Source of the DNA: an uncultured Bifidobacteriaceae bacterium
Lineage (GTDB): Bacteria; Actinomycetota; Actinomycetes; S36-B12
Assembly (NCBI GenBank): GCA_964597445.1
Contig: CAZQXO010000001.1
Location: 46,978 to 110,977, forward strand
Length of the DNA: 64,000 nt
Direction of reading: 5' to 3'
Every line of letters begins with the position of its first letter. Within the stretch, counting starts at the first letter, position 1. Shown here one piece after another: positions 37,864 through 46,553 of this stretch. Made by a program: the position numbers and the translations under genes. The notes under the pieces were generated by a model, which was not told where the DNA came from, ran no database searches, and saw only the letters and a list, made by a program, of their open reading frames with translations.

Positions 37864-37906
37864 ATACTACTCGCCGGTAACTTGCGTGACTACTCGCGAG
37901 TAACTT
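37864..37906 (-). promoter_or_regulatory. Two 18-bp direct repeats (16/18 identical, 23-bp period), each with a dyad core, overlapping -35/-10-like hexamers upstream of fadA
   Basis: ACTACTCGCCGGTAACTT lies at 37866-37883 and ACTACTCGCGAGTAACTT at 37889-37906. The second contains the perfect 12-bp palindrome TACTCGCGAGTA. On the fadA strand the region reads TAGTCA-N17-TAGTAT, with the -10-like hexamer at 37864-37869. The distal repeat overlaps the last codons and stop of rnd. Confidence 0.45.
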
Positions 37907-39161
37907 CCGGCGCGGCGAGCGCCGGCAGGAGCACCGGCAGGGTCACGTTCACCTGCCATGACCGTGCGCCCAGGGACAGGAGCTGTGCGGACACCGTGTC
38001 CGGGTCGACCGGGTCCGGAGGCGACCAGCACAGCCGCCGAACGGTCTCCGGAGACAGGAGGTTCTCCACGGGCATTCCCAGGGAGTCCGCCAGGTCGGCC
38101 AACCCCGCCCGCGCGGTGGACAGCCGTGCATGCGCCGCGGGGTCTCGATCCGCCCAGGCCCGTGCGGGCGGGGGGCCCTCCGACCGCGCTGCGGGCGGCG
38201 GCCAGTCCGACTCCGGGCAGGTGCGACCGCGCTCCAGGGCGGCCCACCAGCGGGGGAGGTACCTCTGCGCCCCGCGTCCGTGGAAGCCGTCGACCCGGAG
38301 GAGCTCCTGCCGCGAGGAGGCCGCGGATTGAGCCGCCGCGATGATCGCTGAGTCGGGAATCAACCGCCCCACGGCAATGTCCCGCTCCTGACCGAGAGTG
38401 TCACGCTCCCTCCAGAGCTCGCGCACGATGGCCAGGACTCGGCCCTGACGCACGCGATGCAGCCCGGATGTTCGGCGCCAGTCGTCATCGCTTCGCTCCC
38501 GTGCCCGGAAGGTGAGCAGAGACGCGAACTCCTCGCGCGCCATATCGGACTTCCCGGCTCGGTCGAGCTCGCGCGCGAGTGCTTCGCGGAGCTCGATCAG
38601 AAGCTCGACGTCCAGCGCCGCGTAACGCAACTGGGCGGGGGAGAGGGGCCTCGCGGACCAGTCGGTTGCTCCATGACCCTTCTCGAGGACCTCGCCCAGC
38701 TCGCTCAGCACCAGAGCCGCGAGCCCGACGCGTTCACGCCCGAGAAGACGGCCGGCCAACTCGGTGTCGAACAGCGTGTCCGGGACAAGCCCCACCTCGG
38801 CGAGGCAGGGAAGGTCCTGCGTGGCGGCATGGAGGATCCACTCCGTGCCGCGCAGTGCCTCCTGAAGAGCCGTCAGATCCGGCACCTCGATCGGATCGAT
38901 GAGCCCTGTTCCCGATCCCTTCCGACGCAGCTGGATGAGGTAGGCGCGCTGGCCGTAGCGGAACCCGGATGCGCGTTCGGCATCGATGGCGACGGGGCCC
39001 GTGCCCTGCGCCAGACGCCTGCAGTACTCGTCCAGCGCTTCCCGGGTCACGATGAGGGGTGGGACGCCCTCCCGGGGTTCGAAGGGTGCTCGAATCGACT
39101 CACCGGAAGCCTCACGCACCTCATCTGAGGACTCCACGGAGGATCCAGCCTCATCCGTCAT
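37890..39161 (-). CDS. rnd: Ribonuclease D-like 3'-5' exonuclease with HRDC domain
   Basis: Start at ATG 39161 (MTDEAGSS...; ATGA overlap with the upstream stop). Exonuclease motifs: VAIDAERASGFRY, YLIQL, WILHAATQDL. An HRDC-like region follows. Confidence 0.82.
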   Translation of the reverse strand: MTDEAGSSVESSDEVREASGESIRAPFEPREGVPPLIVTREALDEYCRRLAQGTGPVAIDAERASGFRYGQRAYLIQLRRKGSGTGLIDPIEVPDLTALQEALRGTEWILHAATQDLPCLAEVGLVPDTLFDTELAGRLLGRERVGLAALVLSELGEVLEKGHGATDWSARPLSPAQLRYAALDVELLIELREALARELDRAGKSDMAREEFASLLTFRARERSDDDWRRTSGLHRVRQGRVLAIVRELWRERDTLGQERDIAVGRLIPDSAIIAAAQSAASSRQELLRVDGFHGRGAQRYLPRWWAALERGRTCPESDWPPPAARSEGPPPARAWADRDPAAHARLSTARAGLADLADSLGMPVENLLSPETVRRLCWSPPDPVDPDTVSAQLLSLGARSWQVNVTLPVLLPALAAPEVTRE

Positions 39162-39757
39162 GAGCGAGCACGAGCACGACGGTGCGGAACGATTCCGACG
39201 TCGCTCGGCAGGGGCGGCAGCCCTGCCGACAGGGCCATGAGATCCAGCCAGGCGCTCGCATGCGCGGCCATGTCGTCCAGAAGCACGCCGTCGGAGCCCT
39301 CCGAGGGAGTCCACGAGGCTCGGATCTCCACGTAGCCCTCATCAGGTCTCTCAGCCATCGTCCCGAAGGACCGACCGGCCGTGCGGGTGACGGTGCCGCC
39401 CAACTGCGTGACGTGGCATTCGCGGAGCGACAGGGACTCCGTGACCCAGCTCCATCCGACATCGTGGAGCAGGTCATCGTGGAGCAGGTCGACCTCGAGC
39501 TCGGCACGGACGAACACCACGGCGCGGAACGAGCCCTCCCACTCATCCACCCCATCGGGGTCATGCAGCAGCACGAAGCGGCCGCTGACGAGATCGGACT
39601 CGGGATCCGCCATCTCGGCCGTGACGGCGACGGTCGACGGCGCGAGCCGTGCGGGCGCAGGCGCCTCTCGCAGGACGAAATCCGGTCGAACAGGCACGCT
39701 CGCCAGTCGAGACACCACGTCCTCGAACGTGCCCTCACCTGGAGATACCGGTCTCAC
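39158..39757 (-). CDS. Conserved protein (recalled as DUF3000)
   Basis: 199 aa, translationally coupled to rnd. The pattern GRFVLLHDPDGVDEWEGSFRAVVFVRAELE is present. Confidence 0.62.
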   Translation of the reverse strand: MRPVSPGEGTFEDVVSRLASVPVRPDFVLREAPAPARLAPSTVAVTAEMADPESDLVSGRFVLLHDPDGVDEWEGSFRAVVFVRAELEVDLLHDDLLHDVGWSWVTESLSLRECHVTQLGGTVTRTAGRSFGTMAERPDEGYVEIRASWTPSEGSDGVLLDDMAAHASAWLDLMALSAGLPPLPSDVGIVPHRRARARS

Positions 39758-39804
39758 TCGGGCAGGTTACGACGGGTCGGTGCCCGCCGCCGACTGCCGC
39801 GCCG

Positions 39805-39828
39805 CGGGGTCCCGTCCGCGGGACCCCG
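39805..39828 (-). terminator. Perfect 10-bp GC hairpin downstream of msrB
   Basis: CGGGGTCCCG (39805-39814), loop TCCG, CGGGACCCCG (39819-39828). It lies 4 nt past the msrB stop and has no U tract. Confidence 0.45.
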
Positions 39829-39831
39829 GAC

Positions 39832-40290
39832 TCAGCCTCGGTCCTGCGCCTCGAAAGTCATGCTCACCGAGTTGATGCAGTAGCGCTGGTTCGTGGGGGT
39901 GTCGTATCCCTCACCGGAGAAGACGTGTCCCAGATGACCACCGCAGGAGGCGCAGCGCACCTCGACGCGGGCCATCCCGAGTGAGGTGTCCGGCAGGAGG
40001 ATGACGGAGTCTGCGGCGAGGGGCGTGAAGAAGCTGGGCCAACCGCAGTGGGAGTCGAACTTCGCCTCGCTGCGGAAGAGCTCCGAGTCGCAGGCGCGGC
40101 AGCGGTACACGCCGACCTCGTGGTTGTCGGTGTACTGACCGGTGAAGGGCGCCTCCGTTCCCGCGGCTCGCAGGATCCGGTACTCCTCAGGCGTGAGCCG
40201 TGAGCGCCATTCCTCCTCCGTCCGGACCACGGGGTACGGAGTGCCATCCGGTCTCGATCCACCGTCCGAGGCGGGTGTGCTGTGCGACAT
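39832..40290 (-). CDS. msrB: Peptide-methionine (R)-S-oxide reductase
   Basis: 152 aa. Zinc CxxC pairs: YRCRACDSELF and VRCASCGGHLGHVF. Catalytic region: RYCINS. Confidence 0.92.
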   Translation of the reverse strand: MSHSTPASDGGSRPDGTPYPVVRTEEEWRSRLTPEEYRILRAAGTEAPFTGQYTDNHEVGVYRCRACDSELFRSEAKFDSHCGWPSFFTPLAADSVILLPDTSLGMARVEVRCASCGGHLGHVFSGEGYDTPTNQRYCINSVSMTFEAQDRG

Positions 40291-40346
40291 GCCGTCACTG
40301 TAGGTGCGTCTGCAGATTCCCGCTTCGGGACGGCTACCCTCGTCGC

Positions 40347-40883
40347 GTGAGCGAGATCCTGGACACCAGGGGCGCGTGGCTCGCCGAGGACGACCTCGCG
40401 TCCGCGCGCGACCGGCTGCCGATCGTGTACGTCGACGCCGTGCCCGTGCGCACCGACGAGCGCGGGCAGGTGGTCCAGATCGGCCTTCTCCTGCGTGCCA
40501 TGCCGGACGGCACGATCTCCCGCGCCGTGGTCTCCGGTCGAGTCCTCTACGGCGAGCGGGTCAGGGACGCGCTGATGCGTCACCTCGAGAAGGATCTGGG
40601 CACCATGGCCCTGCCCCGGGTAGCACCCTCACCCCAGCCCTTCACCATCGTCGAGTACTTTCCCGATCCGACGGTCACGGGATTCCACGATCCCCGACAG
40701 CACGCCGTGTCGCTTGCCTTCATCGTTCCGCTCGAGGGCGACTGCGCTCCCTCGCAGGAGGCTCTGGACCTCGTCTGGGTCTCACCGGCGGAGGCGGTGA
40801 GTCCCCAGTTCGAGGCCGAGATGTCCGGTGGGCAGGGGCGTCTCGTGCGCATGGCGCTCGCCCACTGCGGGCTTCTCGCCTGA
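40347..40883 (+). CDS. NUDIX-fold-like protein (recalled as DUF4916)
   Basis: GTG 40347 (VSEILDTRGAW...); ORF-track 40200 would overlap msrB. It has the pattern LPIVYVDAVPVRTDERGQVVQIGLLLR, but I could not identify a clear canonical NUDIX box. Confidence 0.5.
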   Translation: MSEILDTRGAWLAEDDLASARDRLPIVYVDAVPVRTDERGQVVQIGLLLRAMPDGTISRAVVSGRVLYGERVRDALMRHLEKDLGTMALPRVAPSPQPFTIVEYFPDPTVTGFHDPRQHAVSLAFIVPLEGDCAPSQEALDLVWVSPAEAVSPQFEAEMSGGQGRLVRMALAHCGLLA

Positions 40884-40890
40884 CGTCGAT

Positions 40891-41358
40891 TCACTCGTCG
40901 TAGGGATCGATGCCCAGAAGGGTCTCGTCCTCCGGCGTCAGGTCTTCCGGGCGACCATCGAACTGGTCGTAGAAGGGATCAGCCCGTTCGGCGTCCGTCT
41001 CGTCGTCCGCATACGCGTGATCGGACGGGTTCTCCAGGTCGACGATGTGCATGGCGGACACCTCGGCGCTCACCCACGTGCGCGGGGTCAGGCCGCCGGC
41101 ATGCATGGGATCGTCACTGGCATCCTCGGCATCCTCCATCGCGAGGGTGGACTCGAGGTCCTCGAGTGGGTAGGGCGAGCCCTCGAAACCGCCCTCACCG
41201 CCCCCGCTTCCGTGAAGCGCATTGCGCGCGGCCTCCGCCTCCATGATCATCGTCAGGCGCTCGGCTTGGTCGGCCGCGTCGCCTGCGGGGTCGACACCAT
41301 CGAATGTGGCACGCGCGACCTGATCCGGGGCGCTCGCTCCGGCAACCTCCTTCGTCAT
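40891..41358 (-). CDS. Highly acidic hypothetical protein (possibly DUF5709)
   Basis: ATG 41358 with an AAGGGAGAG RBS. 155 aa, Asp/Glu-rich, no catalytic motif. Confidence 0.5.
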   Translation of the reverse strand: MTKEVAGASAPDQVARATFDGVDPAGDAADQAERLTMIMEAEAARNALHGSGGGEGGFEGSPYPLEDLESTLAMEDAEDASDDPMHAGGLTPRTWVSAEVSAMHIVDLENPSDHAYADDETDAERADPFYDQFDGRPEDLTPEDETLLGIDPYDE

Positions 41359-41536
41359 GGCGCTCTCCCTTCGGCCTTCCGCCGTCATGTGGCTCCTGCT
41401 CACCACGGTAGCCGCCTGCAGGCGCCGACGGGCGATCCAGAGCGTCTCCCCTCCACGCGTACCTGGATCGGGCCTCGCGTGGAATCAGAGAGGTGGCGCG
41501 GCGACTTCCCTCAGGCGCATATGTCAGGCTGACGAC

Positions 41537-42475
41537 ATGAGTCCCCGCACCCTCCCCGACGAGGCCCTCGCCGCCGAACTCGAGCCTGTGGTCGATCGAG
41601 AGCTGTCACGCCATCTCGTCACGGCTCGAGACTGGTACCCGCATGAGTACATCCCGTGGAGCGAGGGTCGGGATTTCGAGGGACCTCTCGAGGGACAGGC
41701 ATGGACACCGGAAGAGCAGCGGTTCTCCGATGCGGCACGCACCAGCCTCATCATCAACCTGCTGACCGAGGACAATCTCCCCAGCTACCACACGGAGATC
41801 GCGCTCAATGTGAGCGGGGAGGGAGCCTGGGGGGCGTGGCTCGGACGGTGGACGGCTGAGGAGGCCAGACACGGTGCGGCCATTCGCGACTACCTGCTGA
41901 CCACGCGATCGGTGGATCCGCGGGCACTCGAGGACGCGCGCATGACCCACATGCAGGAGGGCTTCCACGCCATCAACCCCGGACTTCTGGCGGGCCTCGC
42001 GTACGTCTCCTTCCAGGAGTTGGCCACCAGGGTCTCCCACCGCAACACCGGAGAGGCGACAGGCGATCCCGTCGCTGAGCAGCTCATGGCCCGCATCGCC
42101 CTCGACGAGAACCTGCACATGCTCTTCTATCGCAACGTCATCGAGGCAGCATTCGAGGTCGCCCCGGACCAGACGATGGTGGCCGTCTGGGGAGCTGTGC
42201 GGGACTTCGCCATGCCGGGTCACGGCATCGAGGGCTTCGGCCGCATGGCGGTGCAGATCGCCGTGGAGGGCATCTACGACCTGCGACTCCATCGCGATGA
42301 CGTCGTCATGCCCGTCCTCCGCAAGTGGCGTGTCTTCGATCGCACCGATCTCGGCCCAGTGGGGGAGGCCGCACGCGATGAGCTGGCCGCCTTCGTTGCT
42401 GGACTCGACGAGCAGGCGCTGCGCTTCGAGGAGAAGCGTGACGCGCTCAAGGCACGCCTCGCAGCGCGATCCTGA
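41537..42475 (+). CDS. Soluble acyl-ACP desaturase (di-iron, DesA-type)
   Basis: ATG 41537 (MSPRTLPDE...). Di-iron motifs: TEDNLPSYH, WTAEEARHG, ENLHMLFY. Confidence 0.85.
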   Translation: MSPRTLPDEALAAELEPVVDRELSRHLVTARDWYPHEYIPWSEGRDFEGPLEGQAWTPEEQRFSDAARTSLIINLLTEDNLPSYHTEIALNVSGEGAWGAWLGRWTAEEARHGAAIRDYLLTTRSVDPRALEDARMTHMQEGFHAINPGLLAGLAYVSFQELATRVSHRNTGEATGDPVAEQLMARIALDENLHMLFYRNVIEAAFEVAPDQTMVAVWGAVRDFAMPGHGIEGFGRMAVQIAVEGIYDLRLHRDDVVMPVLRKWRVFDRTDLGPVGEAARDELAAFVAGLDEQALRFEEKRDALKARLAARS

Positions 42476-42495
42476 CCACGCCTGGCCAGGGTCAC

Positions 42496-43359
42496 TCACA
42501 CGGGCAGCCCGATCGCGTTCCCCAGCGTGGTCGCCAGTTCCGCGATGCGCTCGCGCTGCTCCTCCGTTCGCGGAAGCGGCTCATGGCGTCCGAGCTGCGA
42601 CTTGGACAGCTTGGCCGCGTCAGGACCCGTCAGGAGCGGGTGGTGACGGATGTCGGCGGCCACGAACGCGTCGTCCGACAGGTGGCGCGCGAGGAACATT
42701 TGGGCAGCCGTCGACACCCGTAAGTCCTCGCCGCGAAGGATGTGGGTCATGCCTGCGTCGCTGTCATCGACCACGGACGTCCATTGGTAGGCCGGGAGAT
42801 CATCCCGCCGCCAGATGACAAAGTCGCCCAGCTCCCGCGCGACATCGATGTCACGTCCGTCTACGCGGACGACAGTGTCTTCAGGGACCATGACGCGCAT
42901 CGACGTCCCACCGGGAACGAACGCACGTTGCTTCGTCCGGCACCCGCCCGGGCAGCCGCCGGGCGATGCGGCGGTCCCGGAAGCGCGGGTGCAGGTGCAG
43001 GCATACGCGACGAGGCCTCGGCGCTGGGCCTCGCCGAGCCCCTTCCTCGCCCGAGCGATGCGACGGTCGCGCTCTGACCACGCCTCCTCGTGGGACCGGG
43101 GGCCCTGCACGTAGGAGATCCCGAGCCAGGACATCGCCTCGAAGATGTCCTCGACATACTCCGGCCGTACGCGAGCCGCATCGATGCTGTCGACCCGGAG
43201 ATGAACATCGGCACCCAACGCGGTGGCCCACTGGTGGGTGAGCAGCATGTTCGCCAGGTTCCCCTCGTGCAGGTACCCGCTGGGGGTGGGTGCTATCCGG
43301 GTGCGCACGAGCCCTCCCTTGCCCTGCGGTGTGGTGCTCTGCCGACGTCGGCCAACCAT
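42496..43359 (-). CDS. gluQ: Glutamyl-Q tRNA(Asp) synthetase-like (truncated GluRS catalytic domain)
   Basis: 287 aa. RIAPTPSGYLHEGNL is the HIGH-like motif, followed by THILRGEDL and the KMSKS-like KLSKSQ. There is no anticodon-binding domain. Confidence 0.78.
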   Translation of the reverse strand: MVGRRRQSTTPQGKGGLVRTRIAPTPSGYLHEGNLANMLLTHQWATALGADVHLRVDSIDAARVRPEYVEDIFEAMSWLGISYVQGPRSHEEAWSERDRRIARARKGLGEAQRRGLVAYACTCTRASGTAASPGGCPGGCRTKQRAFVPGGTSMRVMVPEDTVVRVDGRDIDVARELGDFVIWRRDDLPAYQWTSVVDDSDAGMTHILRGEDLRVSTAAQMFLARHLSDDAFVAADIRHHPLLTGPDAAKLSKSQLGRHEPLPRTEEQRERIAELATTLGNAIGLPV

Positions 43360-43373
43360 GGCACAGTGGTGCC

Positions 43374-44792
43374 ATGCTTCCCCGCTTGGCTGCGCTGTGT
43401 GCCGCTGCGGTCACGGGGACCCTCCTCACGACCACGGCCGCGCCTGCGGCGGCCGTCCGTGGTGCCGACTGGACTCCATCCACGTGGACGGGGTTCGCAG
43501 CTGGGGCGCCTGTTCCCGACGTGAGCCTGACGGGCCCCCAGCCTGCTCCGCTGACCCCCGCCCCCTACCTCCCGATCACCTACGAGGGGCAGTCGACGTG
43601 CGACCCCACGCCGAAGCCCGGCGCCATCGCGATGGCCGACGTCATCAGGGCCACGTACGGATCGCAGCAGGTCATCGGGATTCCCCGCGGCTGCGATGTC
43701 GGTGGTCGAAGCGAGCACAAGGAGGGTCGGGCTGTCGACTGGATGATCGACGTGCGCAAGCCGGGGGAGCGCGCGCTCGCGGAGGCGTATCTCAACTGGC
43801 TGCTGGGACCCGATCAGGCAGGTCGTCAGCACGGCCACGCCTACCAACTGGGTGTCATGTACATCGGATGGCACGATCGGATGTGGCGGGCATACCGCCC
43901 GGAGTCCGGCTGGACAGAGCTGAAGGGCTGCTTCAGCAAGTCGGAGTCGCGGTACGACAACTACTGTCATCGCAATCACATCCACATCTCACTGACGTGG
44001 GCGGGCGCCAACGGGAACACCGCCCCGGGAATCCCGGTCGTTCCCTCCGAGCCGCCGGCCGCGCCTCCCCGGCCCCCAGCCCCCGCGCAGCCCGGTGAGG
44101 ACGCCGACGACTTCATGTCCATCGGCTCGGAGATCGGCTTCGCCACGGGCCCCGACCTGCCGATGGGTCCCGGTGAGATACGCAGCGTCAATCTGGCATC
44201 CGTTCCTCTCGATGCCACATCCGCACTGGTGCACGTCACGACCAGGCAGGCCACGCGCAGGGGAACCCTGCGCATCGGCATGGTGGACGAGGCGGCGGCG
44301 GTGTCCCTTCGAGTGCCCAAGCGTCGCATCCGGACGTCGGTCATCCAGGTGCCCGTCGCCCAGGGAGTTGTCCAGATCGCAGCGCCCCGATCGGGTCCGG
44401 TCGACGTTCGCGTCGACGTCCTGGGCTACACGACAGACGCCGGCGCCCATCCGGCCGTGGGTGGGCCGCCGGCCGAACTCGTGCGAGATCTCGTCACCCC
44501 GGACGCACCCCAGCGGCTGGAGGTGACCGGCGTGGGACCGGTTCCCAAGCGTCTCGGGAGGACGACGGCCGTCATCCTCAAGGTCCAGACAAAGGGGCGT
44601 GGATCCGAGGGTCGCGTGACGGCCTACCCCTCGACAGGAGTGGATCTGGGGACCACCTCGGCACCCGTCCTCGCCCGTGGAGCACGCACGAGTGTCCTGT
44701 CCGCCGATGTGGGATCCGACGGAGCCATTCTTCTGAGCTCCTCGGTGCCGGCGCGCGTGATCGTCGAGATCGTGGGCTTCGTCCGCCGTTGA
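43374..44792 (+). CDS. Secreted LAS-type (VanY/M15-like) zinc peptidase with two C-terminal ~100-aa repeat modules
   Basis: ATG 43374 gives a signal peptide (MLPRLAALCAAAVTGTLLTTTAAPAAA). Metal motifs: RSEHKEGRAVDW (SxHxxGxAxD) and HRNHIHIS. A Pro-rich linker is followed by two modules ending VDVRVDVLGYT and RVIVEIVGFV. Confidence 0.62.
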   Translation: MLPRLAALCAAAVTGTLLTTTAAPAAAVRGADWTPSTWTGFAAGAPVPDVSLTGPQPAPLTPAPYLPITYEGQSTCDPTPKPGAIAMADVIRATYGSQQVIGIPRGCDVGGRSEHKEGRAVDWMIDVRKPGERALAEAYLNWLLGPDQAGRQHGHAYQLGVMYIGWHDRMWRAYRPESGWTELKGCFSKSESRYDNYCHRNHIHISLTWAGANGNTAPGIPVVPSEPPAAPPRPPAPAQPGEDADDFMSIGSEIGFATGPDLPMGPGEIRSVNLASVPLDATSALVHVTTRQATRRGTLRIGMVDEAAAVSLRVPKRRIRTSVIQVPVAQGVVQIAAPRSGPVDVRVDVLGYTTDAGAHPAVGGPPAELVRDLVTPDAPQRLEVTGVGPVPKRLGRTTAVILKVQTKGRGSEGRVTAYPSTGVDLGTTSAPVLARGARTSVLSADVGSDGAILLSSSVPARVIVEIVGFVRR

Positions 44793-44833
44793 GGTGCGGC
44801 TGGGAGGCGCCTTAACGGGCGAGTCCGCTGACA

Positions 44834-44866
44834 GGTGAGCGCCGCTCCAGGGAAGCGGCGCTCACC
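44834..44866. terminator. Perfect 13-bp hairpin between convergent peptidase gene and tRNA-Leu (bidirectional terminator candidate)
   Basis: GGTGAGCGCCGCT (44834-44846), loop CCAGGGA, AGCGGCGCTCACC (44854-44866). Confidence 0.5.
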
Positions 44867-44871
44867 GTACG

Positions 44872-44955
44872 TGTCCGAGGGGGGACTTGAACCCCCATGC
44901 CCCTAAGGGCACTAGCACCTCAAGCTAGCGCGTCTGCCAATTCCGCCACCCGGAC
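44872..44955 (-). tRNA. tRNA-Leu (anticodon GAG), class II with long variable arm, no encoded CCA
   Basis: The reverse complement folds by hand as follows: acceptor GTCCGGG/CTCGGAC; anticodon stem CTAGC/GCTAG with loop TTGAGGT; variable arm GCCC-TTA-GGGC; T arm GGGGG-TTCAAGT-CCCCC; discriminator A. Confidence 0.9.
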
Positions 44956-44967
44956 GAGTGCGCGCTC

Positions 44968-44973
44968 ACTATA
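44968..44973 (-). promoter_or_regulatory. -10-like hexamer TATAGT upstream of tRNA-Leu
   Basis: On the minus strand TATAGT lies 12 nt upstream of the tRNA 5' end. I see no convincing -35 element. Confidence 0.3.
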
Positions 44974-45011
44974 CAAGTGCAGCGCGAGGGCGATACCGGC
45001 AGGATGCAGGC

Positions 45012-46352
45012 ATGGGCGAACCGACGCAGACGCACGCCGATGCCGTGGCCGAGGCCGAGCGTGAGGTCGTCGACCTGACATCGGAGTTGATCCGAATCGA
45101 CACCTCCAACTTCGGAGAGTCGGAAGCGACGGTGGGTGAGATCTCGGCGGCCGAGTGGGCAGCCGGTCGGCTGGCCGAGGTCGGGTGGTCCCCAGAGGTG
45201 TTCACGACGACGGGTTCGCGTCGCGCAGGTGTGATGCTGCGCATTCCGGGCACGGATCCCCAAGCCCCGGCCTTGCTGCTTCACGGACACCTCGATGTGG
45301 TCCCAGCGGTCGCCGCGGATTGGACCCACGATCCGTTCGGAGGCGAGGTATCCGAGGGCTACGTGTGGGGCCGAGGCGCTGTCGACATGAAGGACATGAA
45401 CGCCATGATCCTCGCGATCGCCCGGGCCTGGGCTCGCTCAGGCACGGCTCCTCGACGAGACATCGTGGTCCTGCTCCTGCCCGACGAGGAGGCCGGTGGC
45501 CGACATGGTGGCCACTGGCTCGTCGAGAATCGACCTGACATCTTCGACGGTGTCTCCGATGCCGTCGGCGAGGTGGGCGGCTTCTCGGTGACGGTGCGTG
45601 ACGACCTCAGGCTGTATCCCATCCAGACCGCGGAGAAGGGCATCCGGTGGCTCACCCTGCGCGCGAAGGAGCGCGCCGGCCACGGGTCCATGATCCATCC
45701 TGACAACGCCGTCACAGCTGTAGCGGAGGCGGTGGCAGCGATCGGCCGGCACCCGTGGCCCCGACGACGCACGCCGACCGTGGATCGATTCCTGACCGAA
45801 CTGGCGGATGTCTACGACGTTCCACTCGACATCGATGACCCCAGCGCGCTTCTCGAACGCCTCGGAACGTTGGGGTTCCTGGTCGGGGCCACGCTTCAGA
45901 ACACGGCCAATCCGACCATGCTGGAGGCCGGCTACAAGCACAACGTCATCCCGGGTTCGGCGAGCGCCGGTGTCGATGGGCGAGTGCTTCCGGGGTACGA
46001 GGATGAGTTCGACGAGACGCTCCGCCAGTTGGTGGGGGACGCAGTCGAGATCACGGTCGTGAACAGCGACATCGCCCTCGAGGCTCCTCTCGACGCACTG
46101 TTGGTCGATCACATGGCGAGTGTTCTTCGGGCCGAGGATCCCGGCGCTCGGCCCGTTCCCTACATGATCAGCGGTGGAACGGACGCCAAGGCCTTCGCTC
46201 GACTCGGGATCGACTGCTACGGATTCAGTCCGCTGCGGATGCCGGCGGGGCTGGACTACTGGCGCCTGTTCCACGGAGTTGATGAACGTGTCCCTGTCGA
46301 GGGACTCGCATTCGGCGTCCGGGTTCTCGATCGTTTCCTGCGTGAGTGCTGA
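45012..46352 (+). CDS. M20/M25/M40-family metallopeptidase (dipeptidase-like)
   Basis: ATG 45012. Motifs: LLLHGHLDVVPA, WGRGAVDMKD, LLLPDEEAGG. Confidence 0.82.
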   Translation: MGEPTQTHADAVAEAEREVVDLTSELIRIDTSNFGESEATVGEISAAEWAAGRLAEVGWSPEVFTTTGSRRAGVMLRIPGTDPQAPALLLHGHLDVVPAVAADWTHDPFGGEVSEGYVWGRGAVDMKDMNAMILAIARAWARSGTAPRRDIVVLLLPDEEAGGRHGGHWLVENRPDIFDGVSDAVGEVGGFSVTVRDDLRLYPIQTAEKGIRWLTLRAKERAGHGSMIHPDNAVTAVAEAVAAIGRHPWPRRRTPTVDRFLTELADVYDVPLDIDDPSALLERLGTLGFLVGATLQNTANPTMLEAGYKHNVIPGSASAGVDGRVLPGYEDEFDETLRQLVGDAVEITVVNSDIALEAPLDALLVDHMASVLRAEDPGARPVPYMISGGTDAKAFARLGIDCYGFSPLRMPAGLDYWRLFHGVDERVPVEGLAFGVRVLDRFLREC

Positions 46353-46550
46353 TCAGGCCGTGCGCTGCATGCGGTAGACCCGCCGACGAAGTCGGATGAC
46401 TCGCCGTCCGTCCGGGAGAAGGTGCAGACGGTCGAGCTCCCATCGACCGGTGTCAGCCGCATCCGTGAGCCGCTGTCGGGCGTCCTCCCGACTCGTGTCC
46501 CGCGGCAGCGAGACCTCTCGGAACTCCCACTGGGCGGTCGACTGATGCAC
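46353..46550 (-). CDS. Small conserved protein (recalled as DUF5703)
   Basis: 65 aa, MHQSTAQWEFREVSLPRDTSREDARQRL...RLRRRVYRMQR, directly abutting the M20 gene stop. Confidence 0.58.
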   Translation of the reverse strand: MHQSTAQWEFREVSLPRDTSREDARQRLTDAADTGRWELDRLHLLPDGRRVIRLRRRVYRMQRTA

Positions 46551-46553
46551 GGG

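Noticed and set aside
41359-41536. 178-nt divergent intergenic region upstream of the desaturase, with a CCACGCG...CGCGTGG inverted repeat
   Set aside because: The stem is only 7 bp with a ~16-nt loop, and I recognise no riboswitch or operator pattern. It is too weak to call.
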